Shown here: positions 38,738-47,206 of the stretch, piece by piece
Position numbering within the stretch: position 1 is the stretch's first letter
Layout: each line of letters opens with the position of its first letter
DNA from: Longimicrobiales bacterium
Lineage (GTDB): Bacteria > Gemmatimonadota > Gemmatimonadetes > Longimicrobiales > Gaopeijiaceae
Direction of reading: 5' to 3'
Length of the DNA: 64,000 nucleotides
Assembly (NCBI GenBank): GCA_965248195.1
Contig: CBDFIQ010000001.1
Coordinates: 1,184,001 to 1,248,000, forward strand
The notes under the pieces: generated by a model
Databases searched by the model: none
Seen by the model: only the letters and a program-made list of their open reading frames with translations
Told to the model about the DNA's origin: nothing
Program-made: the position numbers and the translations under genes

Positions 38738-39706
38738 CTAGGGTGTGACGGTGACGTTCACGTAGGCGTTCGTCCAGCAACACTGGTTGGCAAAGCTCCC
38801 GTTGAGCACCTGCACGAGCAGCACATAGTCGCCAGGCTGGCTGAACGTCACCCGCGTCGTATGCTCGATGGGAACCATACCCACTTCGATCCGACTGCTT
38901 TCGGGGGCGAAACTCACGTCACCCCGTGGTCCACTAAACTTTATCCAGCTCAAGCTTTGTCGGGAAAGACCACGTTCCTCATCCTGGCTGCGTTGTAGGC
39001 CGCCTATCGTCATGCTCGCCAGGGCACTCGAAATCGTAATGGGGACCGGAGCTCCGACCCGAGCAGTGACGGGTCCCAACGTGATCCCACCTTTTCCTCT
39101 CCCTTCCGGTCCGGATGGCTCGATGAACCGGACCACCGGTGCCGCACGATCTCCCCCGAAACCGCGATTCCCTTCGAATTCCCCCATCGCCACTCCTACG
39201 GAGTTTTCGAGATTGTCGATCATGTACGATCGGACCGTGATGTGGCCTGGCACGCGATAGGTCTGACCATCGATTCGTAGGTTCCACCAAACGCGCTCAC
39301 TCCCTATGTCCGCTGGGACGTTTACGACGAAGACGCAGGTTTTGCCCTCAAGCTGACGTGTCGGGACGAGATCGCGCGGTCCCTGGGCTGTGAAGTGGGT
39401 GGGCTGAGCCCCGTTAAAGCGGGCGGGCTCGATGAAGTTGTCCGGCCCGACCGGGATGTCCAGCACCTCTTGCCGGTTCAGGCTGAAGTAACCGAAGCAG
39501 AGGTCGTAGGTGCCGTCCTCATTGGGATACCATCCCTCGAATATCGGAAGGACGGGCTGACCGGAATCGCGCACGGTTCGTATCTTCAGGTCCATTTGCA
39601 TCAGGGGATGCTCTGGCACGAGCTGCGCATCCAACGCTGGCACGTTGGCCAGCACGAGCCCGACAATCAGAAGTCCCGTCGCGGCCGACAGGAATCGAGA
39701 TATCAT
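38738..39706 (-). CDS. Secreted monooxygenase-associated protein P5
   Basis: PIFEGWYPNEDGT..LCFGYF, QPTHF, VWWNL, QCCWTNAYVNVTV. Confidence 0.7.
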   Translation of the reverse strand: MISRFLSAATGLLIVGLVLANVPALDAQLVPEHPLMQMDLKIRTVRDSGQPVLPIFEGWYPNEDGTYDLCFGYFSLNRQEVLDIPVGPDNFIEPARFNGAQPTHFTAQGPRDLVPTRQLEGKTCVFVVNVPADIGSERVWWNLRIDGQTYRVPGHITVRSYMIDNLENSVGVAMGEFEGNRGFGGDRAAPVVRFIEPSGPEGRGKGGITLGPVTARVGAPVPITISSALASMTIGGLQRSQDEERGLSRQSLSWIKFSGPRGDVSFAPESSRIEVGMVPIEHTTRVTFSQPGDYVLLVQVLNGSFANQCCWTNAYVNVTVTP

Positions 39707-39910
39707 CGTCACAGCTTCCTTCTGAACGGAGAAACCTTCTGACAAACCGGCTAGTCTCGTAATCTACGATCGTGCGAAAGCCCGAGAAAGGACCCGACCC
39801 CGGCGAATAAAACAAAGGGGTGCGTCCAAATCCTCTGGGACACACCCCTCACCTTGCTCAAGACAGCGGACAGCAGCGGCCAAGCTCCCAGTTGATCTGG
39901 AGAGCCGGTG

Positions 39911-41317
39911 CTACCTCGATGCTATCGGCCTCCCCCCCTCCCTGTCAGCAACCAGCCGTGCGAAATCTTCGTCGCTGTAAAACGTCATCCCTAGCCGCAA
40001 TCTCCACATCTCATCGACCGTGCGGGAGCGGCCCAACACCCACTGGTCGGGATCAGGATTCTGGGCATTGTTCGTCGTGTTATCAAAGACCGTTGTGATC
40101 ATGATCGTCGTGCCCTCTGGCCACAGAGGCGCCCAATCGTCCTCGTAAATGAACTGCGTATGCCAACGCTGGTCCCAGTCGAGCTTGTTGATCAATTCAT
40201 ACCGGCCGTCGGGGTAGAGCACCTCCAAAATGTTGTAACCGCCGAGCAGGTGCATGTGTCCCCGGAGCGCGTGAACCTTGGCGTTCCCTTCGAGACGGAC
40301 AGCGGTCTTGTAAATCGCCTGGCTGTTCGGCGGAATGATGAGCGGATTATCCTCCATTCCCGCCATCGACGTTTGGTCGAAAACGATGTCGCCCTCGGTC
40401 GGATACGGGATCTCCCCCTCCGGATACAGCCACACCCCGACCTGCAACGAGACATCTTCTAGGTCTTCCGTAAGCCTGGCCGGGTAGAAATGCGGGTTGA
40501 ACAGGACCTGATCTCCCTCCTTCAGGAGTCTTCCGGTACCCTCGGGGTAGATCGCGCCCCTCACACCGACCGCCGCCTCTGCCAGCTGATCCCGCTGAGT
40601 GGCCCTAATCTCCGGAGGCGGCTGATGGGTTCCCGGTCCCTGGTACACGTCTTCCGGCATCCGATTGATCACTCTAGCCGAGCCGTGGTGGAAGACCCCA
40701 TAAAATTCCGGCTTCGTGGCCTTGAGCTCCACGGCCCTGACCCACCGCTCACCCGTGATCCCTAGCTCTGGCGTCATTTCCACGGGATACAAGTTGGGCC
40801 ACTGGTCCATCCCGTTGGCCCTGACGGTGTATCCAGGGGAAGTGATGATCACATCCGGCTCACGACCCAACTCATCCTCGAATGCCCACGTCCCGCCCCA
40901 CCCGGGGAGAGCCGGGTTCGGCAGAAGATCGGCCGGATCACCCAGAGGAGCGCCCGCATCCACCCACTGCACGATCGTTTCGATCTCATCGTCTGTGAGG
41001 GACGGGTCGTTCTTGAAGTGCTGGATCCCCACCCCGACATCCAACGGCCAAGGCGGCATGAATCGGTTCGACACCTGATACTTGATCAGGGGCGCGAACG
41101 ACCGCACGTCTTCATAGGTCAAGAGGGTCATCGGAGCAACGCTGCCCTCGCGATGGCACACTTGGCAGTTCTGCTGAAGGATCGGTGCCACGTCCTTCGC
41201 GTACGTGACAGCGTCAGCGGATTGAGGTGCAACCGGCGACGGCATCGCGATCACCCCAGTCCCCCCCAAAAGGAACCAACCAAGCAATGCTTGGAACCGC
41301 TTCGCCTCTCTCATCAT
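39911..41317 (-). CDS. Cytochrome c + PHM-like copper monooxygenase, paralog M5
   Basis: CQVCH, MPPW, VFHH, PHFY, GHMH, DEM; AAGGAG RBS. Confidence 0.8.
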   Translation of the reverse strand: MMREAKRFQALLGWFLLGGTGVIAMPSPVAPQSADAVTYAKDVAPILQQNCQVCHREGSVAPMTLLTYEDVRSFAPLIKYQVSNRFMPPWPLDVGVGIQHFKNDPSLTDDEIETIVQWVDAGAPLGDPADLLPNPALPGWGGTWAFEDELGREPDVIITSPGYTVRANGMDQWPNLYPVEMTPELGITGERWVRAVELKATKPEFYGVFHHGSARVINRMPEDVYQGPGTHQPPPEIRATQRDQLAEAAVGVRGAIYPEGTGRLLKEGDQVLFNPHFYPARLTEDLEDVSLQVGVWLYPEGEIPYPTEGDIVFDQTSMAGMEDNPLIIPPNSQAIYKTAVRLEGNAKVHALRGHMHLLGGYNILEVLYPDGRYELINKLDWDQRWHTQFIYEDDWAPLWPEGTTIMITTVFDNTTNNAQNPDPDQWVLGRSRTVDEMWRLRLGMTFYSDEDFARLVADREGGRPIASR

Positions 41318-41502
41318 CGGGTGCTCCTTATCGGGTGCTTCTTGCCGTTGAGTCGCGAAGCGACTCTTCCCCAATACTGCCGCGCATCCCATCTCGCTCA
41401 TCTGCCGTCAGCCACGTTGGAAACAATGGCATCAGATACATATTTTACGGCGATCTGAGCCGAGGACGCAAGGCACTGTCGGGTCGGGCGCACGCTGATC
41501 CC

Positions 41503-42585
41503 TCAGTTCTTCATCCCATTGATCGACACAAAGGCGGGTTGGATCAAGCGGCGTCGATCGGCATTTGCCTTTGGTACGAATTTTTGCACCCTGTAGTTGG
41601 CGTAATCCGCTACATAGAGGTTGCCGTCCTGGTCCACGTCGAAGTGGTGAGGATTGTTGAATGCGCCCGGAAAGTTCCCCGCCGCGCCCCAGGAAGTAAG
41701 GAATAGGCCGCTCAAGTTGAACTGTACCAACCGGTTGAGCGTTGGGTCACTCATCCAAACAGTTTGATCCTGAGCGACCACTATGTGAGACGGCTGGGCC
41801 ATCCCGTCCCACATGTCGAGGAACTTCCCATTCTCATCGAAAATCTGAATGCGCCCATTGCGGCGATCGGCAACATACACGCGGCGATCCGAGTCGACCT
41901 TTACCGAGTGGACAAGATTGAACTGGCCTGGTCCGGTTCCCCTGCTCCCCCAGTGCATCAGATACTCGCCATCCTCGTTGAACTTCACAACGCGCGTGTT
42001 CACGTAGCCGTCGCTAACGAAAAACCTACCATCCGGTAGGAAGGCCATGTCGGTTGGTCGCGCGAAATGGTCCTGGTCGTCGCCCACCACTCCTTTCTCC
42101 CCCAACGTCATCACCAGTTCCGATCCATCGTTGGTGAACTTGAAGATCTGGCTGGCCCAGTCGTCCACGATCCAGACATGCCGCTCGGGATCGTAAGGGT
42201 TTATGAGAACCTTGTGCGGTCTCACGAAGAGGTGATCCCACTGCGTCCAGGACTCGATAAGCTCACCGTCACCATTCAAGACGAGCACGAAATGGGCGGG
42301 AATGTGGTTAGAGTTGGACTGCGGTCCTGGACCCCGGGGAGGGCGAGGGTCCGGCAAGTCACCTCCCTGCAGCAGGAAGATCCTGTCCGGAGTATCGGGG
42401 TAAACCGCTGTAATCAGGCCAAAGGTCAACCCTTCTTGGTGCCAGGGCAGTGGCTTGAGCCAATTCTCCACCACCTCGTAGGGTCCAGTGATATCCTGAT
42501 CCCCCTTGATCTGTGCGTTCAATGGAGCGCAGATCACCATCCCGGCTGCGCCAGATATTCCCGCGACCCAGCGGCTCGCAATCAT
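41503..42585 (-). CDS. Secreted peptidyl-alpha-hydroxyglycine alpha-amidating lyase (PAL)-family NHL beta-propeller
   Basis: PHKV, F.RPTD.A, VSDGYVN.RVVKF, GQF.LVHS, VADR.NGRIQ.F, NPHH. Confidence 0.8.
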   Translation of the reverse strand: MIASRWVAGISGAAGMVICAPLNAQIKGDQDITGPYEVVENWLKPLPWHQEGLTFGLITAVYPDTPDRIFLLQGGDLPDPRPPRGPGPQSNSNHIPAHFVLVLNGDGELIESWTQWDHLFVRPHKVLINPYDPERHVWIVDDWASQIFKFTNDGSELVMTLGEKGVVGDDQDHFARPTDMAFLPDGRFFVSDGYVNTRVVKFNEDGEYLMHWGSRGTGPGQFNLVHSVKVDSDRRVYVADRRNGRIQIFDENGKFLDMWDGMAQPSHIVVAQDQTVWMSDPTLNRLVQFNLSGLFLTSWGAAGNFPGAFNNPHHFDVDQDGNLYVADYANYRVQKFVPKANADRRRLIQPAFVSINGMKN

Positions 42586-42637
42586 CTTGGTCTCCTAAGC
42601 TTGGCGTTCCAGATTAGGACGGATAGCGTCGCTGCGG

Positions 42638-44044
42638 CTACCGCTGGGGCGCGCGCAGACGGGAAACAGTCCGGGACCCGTCGCCGGTCAGGTCGTCACG
42701 CACGACCACTCCGCCCTTCATCACAAACCGTACGCGCTCCATCTCGCTGATATCCACCAGCGGGTCACCCGCAACCGCGACGATGTCGGCGAACTTGCCG
42801 GCCTCGACGCTACCGATGTCCTCTGCCCAGTTGTAATTCAAATCGTTGGCGGCAACCATCAAGGCCGTGCTCACCGACTGCGCCGGGGTCATCCCCAGTC
42901 CTACGAATACGGAAAAAATGTTCGCCTGCCCGCCGATCCTTCTCGGCCTGGTGTCGGAGAACGGAGAGCCCTGCGAACCACTCCCGAACGGGATCGGTAT
43001 ACCGGCGGCGAGCAGTCTGACGAACAGCTCCTCGGTCTTGACCCAGCGCGGACCGCGTCCGTCGGGAAACGCACCAGCGTACGCATCGTTAAAGCTAATT
43101 TGCACGGACGTGCCGTTCTCGACGACCTCCTGCAGTAGCGTGTCGTCGAGGTCCATCATATGCATGGGCACGTCGAATCCAGCACGCACGCAGCTATAGG
43201 CGGCCTCTTCGTTTCCATAGGTGTGACACGTGGTTCTCAACCCCAACCGCCGAGCCTCATCGGCAATGGCCTCGAACTCCTCGAAGGTCAGCGCCGGAAG
43301 CCCGAGCATGGTCCCGTCCGCTTGGTAGAACCTGCCCTGCGCCGGGTCCAGAAAGTCCCACGTGCTGTAGACTTTCACCCAATCGGCGCCGTACAACTTG
43401 AGCGTGCGGACGGCGCGCCGAGCCTCCCATGGACCCGTGACGCCCAGCCGGTCGCCGGGAACCTGAAGATCCTGGTAGCCGATTGGCAGCTGCCGTACAG
43501 CCCCGCCGCCCCGCGGATTCAGGACGGGTCCGGCAACTTGCATTCGTGGCCCGAGCATTTGGCCACTGTTGATCGCGTTCTTCATCTCGATGGTGGCCCA
43601 GGGCAGATTCTCGCGCGAACCCTGGTCGACCACGGTCGTCCAGCCTCCGTTCAAAGCCATCTGGGCGGCTTGCACCCCCACGATCCACTGCTGCCCAGGC
43701 GTCCCGTTCCCCATTATGTGAAGGTGCGTGTCGATCAATCCCGGGAGCACGGTCTCCTCACTGAGATCGATCACGGTGGCCCCGGACGGGATCCGCACGT
43801 TCGGACCCACGTCTACAATCCGATCGCCCCTGATGAGGATGATTTGATCCGTCAAGTGCTGGGACGACGTGCCATCAAACAACCGACCTGCATGAATTGC
43901 GACGACCTGGTCGGCCGGCGCGAAGAACGGATTATCTCCTCGCGCTTGCCCGGCCCCTCCAAACTGGGCTGACAGAGCCCCGGCCGTACTCCAACTCGCG
44001 GCCGTCAGTGCGACGGCCACCCGTAGCAGACTTGTCCACCACAT
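42638..44044 (-). CDS. Secreted amidohydrolase (Xaa-Pro dipeptidase-like subfamily)
   Basis: LPGLIDTHLH, GADWVKVY, GSVEAGKFADIVAVAGDPL, VMKGG. Confidence 0.85.
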   Translation of the reverse strand: MWWTSLLRVAVALTAASWSTAGALSAQFGGAGQARGDNPFFAPADQVVAIHAGRLFDGTSSQHLTDQIILIRGDRIVDVGPNVRIPSGATVIDLSEETVLPGLIDTHLHIMGNGTPGQQWIVGVQAAQMALNGGWTTVVDQGSRENLPWATIEMKNAINSGQMLGPRMQVAGPVLNPRGGGAVRQLPIGYQDLQVPGDRLGVTGPWEARRAVRTLKLYGADWVKVYSTWDFLDPAQGRFYQADGTMLGLPALTFEEFEAIADEARRLGLRTTCHTYGNEEAAYSCVRAGFDVPMHMMDLDDTLLQEVVENGTSVQISFNDAYAGAFPDGRGPRWVKTEELFVRLLAAGIPIPFGSGSQGSPFSDTRPRRIGGQANIFSVFVGLGMTPAQSVSTALMVAANDLNYNWAEDIGSVEAGKFADIVAVAGDPLVDISEMERVRFVMKGGVVVRDDLTGDGSRTVSRLRAPQR

Positions 44045-44109
44045 GGAACCCCTCCTGTCACGCGTGGGTGAAAGCAACGCACTTAGATTCCCATACTCCC
44101 ACTACCTTG

Positions 44110-44218
44110 AGGTGCATCCAGTGCTATAAGGTGCATCCAGGGCTATCAAGGTGCGTCCGGTACTATAAAGGTGCGTCCGGTACTATCCGGTACTATCCGG
44201 TGCTATAAGGTGCATCCC
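44110..44218. repeat. Degenerate ~19-20 bp tandem repeat array in a divergent intergenic region
   Basis: aggtgc(a/g)tcc(a/g)g..ctat units x4-5, with an internal 10-bp tactatccgg duplication. Confidence 0.85.
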
Positions 44219-44442
44219 TACTCCCACGTCACGAATTAACGCGCTTAGGACCTACGCGCCACCTCGGGACGTCACAGGGAAGCCGGCGATGGGGGGCGGA
44301 ACCGTCGGGCGGAGGCGTCGAGCTTGGCGAGACGGATGAGGCGAAGCGCCGTTGCTGCACCCTGCGCTCAGCAATAAGTTCGGGGAATCGTCCCCAACTT
44401 CCCCAAGAAGTTCCCCACATTGTGGAAATCAGGAGGGCATCC

Positions 44443-45504
44443 ATGAGCGTGATGATCGAAGGACCAGAGAGAAAGGATCCAGGTGGTCAGATTACGCGGA
44501 GGGACCTTCTCATTTCGCTCCTGGCCGCGGTGATTTGGCGACCTGGGTCGGCTATGGGGCGGCCTCGCCTGATGGGGCAGTCGGGCCAGTCGTACCTACC
44601 GGTCCGGGTGAGTACGCTGAACCACGTGAGCTTTGGATGCGCAGACCTTCCGGCCACCGTCGCGTGGTATGAGAGGGTCTTGGGTATTCCGCGCTACGCT
44701 TTCCAAGACTACGGAGGGGGCGGAGGGGGCCAGACCGTTCTCCGAGTAGGGAGCGACTCCCCCGCTTACATGGCATTGTCCCAGAGAAACCCAGAGAGCT
44801 TCAGCACCCCCCCGTCCCGGCGTCCACACTTCTGTTGGGGTATCGAGGATTTCAACGTCCACCGGATTTTCAGGGCGCTCGCCGAGATGCCTGCTCTGGC
44901 GCGGTCGGTTCTCCGGGAAGGCACGACGATCAACGGGGTCAATTTCGACGGACCGGACGCTGCGCCGCTTCAGTTCAATCCTGTGATCGCTTGTGGCGGA
45001 GTAGGCTTCCTGGGCGAGGTGTGCGACGCTTCGGCCGTCGCCGTTCGGCGGCCGGGCGACCCACCCCCGATCCAGGTACGTACGATGAACCACATCAAGT
45101 ATTTCGTTACGGACCTCCAGAGCTCACTCGAGTGGTATCGGAGGCTGACCGATATGCAGATCGTGACGTACCAGGAACGCGAGGGGGGGCCACGGACAGC
45201 TGGATATGAAGGAGCCCCGATCCCCGTGCTCAGGGTCGGGTCCGGACCTCAACACCTTGCCTTGATCGAAGGAACCGGCCCCGAGGCGTTCCGTCCGCAT
45301 GTCGGCTTTGGCGTCGAGGGGTTCGATCCCGAACGCATCATGAAGACGCTCGCCGACCATGGCGTGACGGCGCGGGTGAGAATGCGCGAGGGTGTAACGC
45401 CGGAGATTCTGGTGGAGGGCCCGGACGGGGTCGGGATCCAGCTCCAGGACGTGACCTATTGTGGCGGGACTGGCGTACTCGGAAACGTGTGTAACCTGCG
45501 CTAG
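44443..45504 (+). CDS. Tat-exported two-domain VOC/glyoxalase-family protein
   Basis: ITRRDLL; LNHVSF...WY...HFC and MNHIKY...WY...HVGF; each half ends CGGxGxLGxVC. Confidence 0.75.
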   Translation: MSVMIEGPERKDPGGQITRRDLLISLLAAVIWRPGSAMGRPRLMGQSGQSYLPVRVSTLNHVSFGCADLPATVAWYERVLGIPRYAFQDYGGGGGGQTVLRVGSDSPAYMALSQRNPESFSTPPSRRPHFCWGIEDFNVHRIFRALAEMPALARSVLREGTTINGVNFDGPDAAPLQFNPVIACGGVGFLGEVCDASAVAVRRPGDPPPIQVRTMNHIKYFVTDLQSSLEWYRRLTDMQIVTYQEREGGPRTAGYEGAPIPVLRVGSGPQHLALIEGTGPEAFRPHVGFGVEGFDPERIMKTLADHGVTARVRMREGVTPEILVEGPDGVGIQLQDVTYCGGTGVLGNVCNLR

Positions 45505-45558
45505 AGCCCGTGACCCCGATGGTCGCCCAGGCGAGAATCCACCGCTTCGATCCGCGCG

Positions 45559-46068
45559 TTACCTGAGGGTCAGTCCCTGGCCCGGGTCGATCCGCACGAC
45601 GGTGTAGGTAATCGACTCTGGAACCTCGGAGAAATAGTGTGGCGTGCCCGCTGGGATGATGATGATGTCGCCCGCGGCGATCCGACGGGTCACCCCACCT
45701 TCCATGCCGTTACCCGTCCACCCGGGCCCAGACACCCTACGTCGGCGAGCCGTGTTCTCACGCGGCCGCGGATCGATCAGGCGGCCACCGGTCACCAAGG
45801 TGCCTGAGCCATCGTGGACGGTGTAGACCTCGGTGACTTCGCTGTGGATCGTGCCGGCGACGACGTTTGCCGACGGGCCCCGATGAACGAGAGCGACGCC
45901 CACGTGGTGCCCGCCCGCATCGACGGTCCGCATCGGCGTGTCCGTCTCGCCGGTCGCGATCGCGTTCTCCAAGGTGGCCTGAATGTCGGCGGCCGTCACA
46001 TCGACCGCCGGCATGGAGGTCGAGCCCGCCTGGGCAAGCACGACCAAGGCTGCAAGAATGTTCGGCAT
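45559..46068 (-). CDS. Secreted cupin-domain protein
   Basis: HSEVTEVY.V..GSGTLVTGG, GDIIIIPAGTPHYF. Confidence 0.8.
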   Translation of the reverse strand: MPNILAALVVLAQAGSTSMPAVDVTAADIQATLENAIATGETDTPMRTVDAGGHHVGVALVHRGPSANVVAGTIHSEVTEVYTVHDGSGTLVTGGRLIDPRPRENTARRRRVSGPGWTGNGMEGGVTRRIAAGDIIIIPAGTPHYFSEVPESITYTVVRIDPGQGLTLR

Positions 46069-46306
46069 GGCCTCCTCCGTTCCTTGTTCAGGCCGACCTT
46101 ACGCTTCAAATTTCGAACCACAGGGATTGATTATAGGTGGAAGCGCTTTGTCGTGCAGCCTCCGAGGCCCGCTTGGGAACCTTCTCGGCACCGTGGCGAT
46201 TGAAGAAGGGTAAAGCATGCTTGTGGAGGCCTACGTTCGAGACGTACACGGAACGCTGGTCGACACGGAGCGACGAGCACCGGTACGCAACACTCTGGGG
46301 GTGACG

Positions 46307-47206
46307 ATGACTACTCGACTGTCCATCCTTTCGGGGATCGCACTGGCCGCGCTTTTCCCCCTGTCCCTTTCGGGGCAAGCCATTTGTAGTGCTCCACATT
46401 CATCGCCGACTCTTGCACAGGGCGGATCGCTCAGGACCCTTCCCGTCGGCGGCGGCTGGGCCCAGATCTCTTTTTACCGTCAGAAGTCCGTCGACTTTTT
46501 CAACCGCAACGGTGACCGCCAGGATTTTCTCGCTCAGGGCGAGTTCCTGACCCGCTCGGTTTTCTTGACCGCTGCGATGGGCGTGGCCGAGGGTCTCGAT
46601 CTCTGGGCCCAGATGCCGGTCCATAGGCTCGGTGTGGAAAGCTTGGGTGGGAACAGCGTGAGCTCGGGGGTTGGCGACGTACGATTCGCGGCTCGTGTCA
46701 CTCCTGAACTCTTCGGGTTCGAGGCGCCGGTGGGGCTCAGGTTCGGTGGCAAGGTTCCCGGCAGCAGCTTCCCCGTGGACGCGACGGTGTTGCCGCCCAC
46801 GGAGGGGCAGCGCGACTGGGAAATCAGCCTCGAATCCGGCCGGGTCTTCGATTTGCTTCCCATATACGTGGTGGGGTGGGCGGGATACCGGTGGCGGAGC
46901 CTGAATGAGACGGCCCTCTACCAGCCTGGGGACGAGAGCTTCGGCCATCTGGCCGTCGGTGGCTCGGTACATGACCTCAGTTGGCAGATCGGAGCCGACG
47001 GGCTCTGGGGTAAGGCACCGATAGTAGCCGGTCTCCTTTTGGCTGATCAGGAGGCGCGCCGCCTGCTCCAGATCGTGCCCACGGTAGGCTACCTTGTGGG
47101 TCCAGGTACGGTCGAGGTGTCGGTGCAGATTCCGCTGGCGGGCCGTAACCTGCCGTCCGGAGCCGGGGTCGGTGTGAGCTATCGGACCGCGTGGGGGCTG
47201 CTGTGA
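46307..47206 (+). CDS. Putative outer-membrane beta-barrel protein
   Basis: Signal peptide, SGVGDV, amphipathic beta-strands, aromatic residue near C-terminus. Confidence 0.55.
   Translation: MTTRLSILSGIALAALFPLSLSGQAICSAPHSSPTLAQGGSLRTLPVGGGWAQISFYRQKSVDFFNRNGDRQDFLAQGEFLTRSVFLTAAMGVAEGLDLWAQMPVHRLGVESLGGNSVSSGVGDVRFAARVTPELFGFEAPVGLRFGGKVPGSSFPVDATVLPPTEGQRDWEISLESGRVFDLLPIYVVGWAGYRWRSLNETALYQPGDESFGHLAVGGSVHDLSWQIGADGLWGKAPIVAGLLLADQEARRLLQIVPTVGYLVGPGTVEVSVQIPLAGRNLPSGAGVGVSYRTAWGLL

Noticed and set aside
44110..44218. Possible mini-CRISPR
   Set aside because: Units are contiguous with no unique spacers, too short, and there are no cas genes in the window
44273..44330. AGGGAAGCCGG resembling the start of a cobalamin riboswitch
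   Set aside because: The downstream AATCC, CCC..ACTGT and B12-box elements are absent
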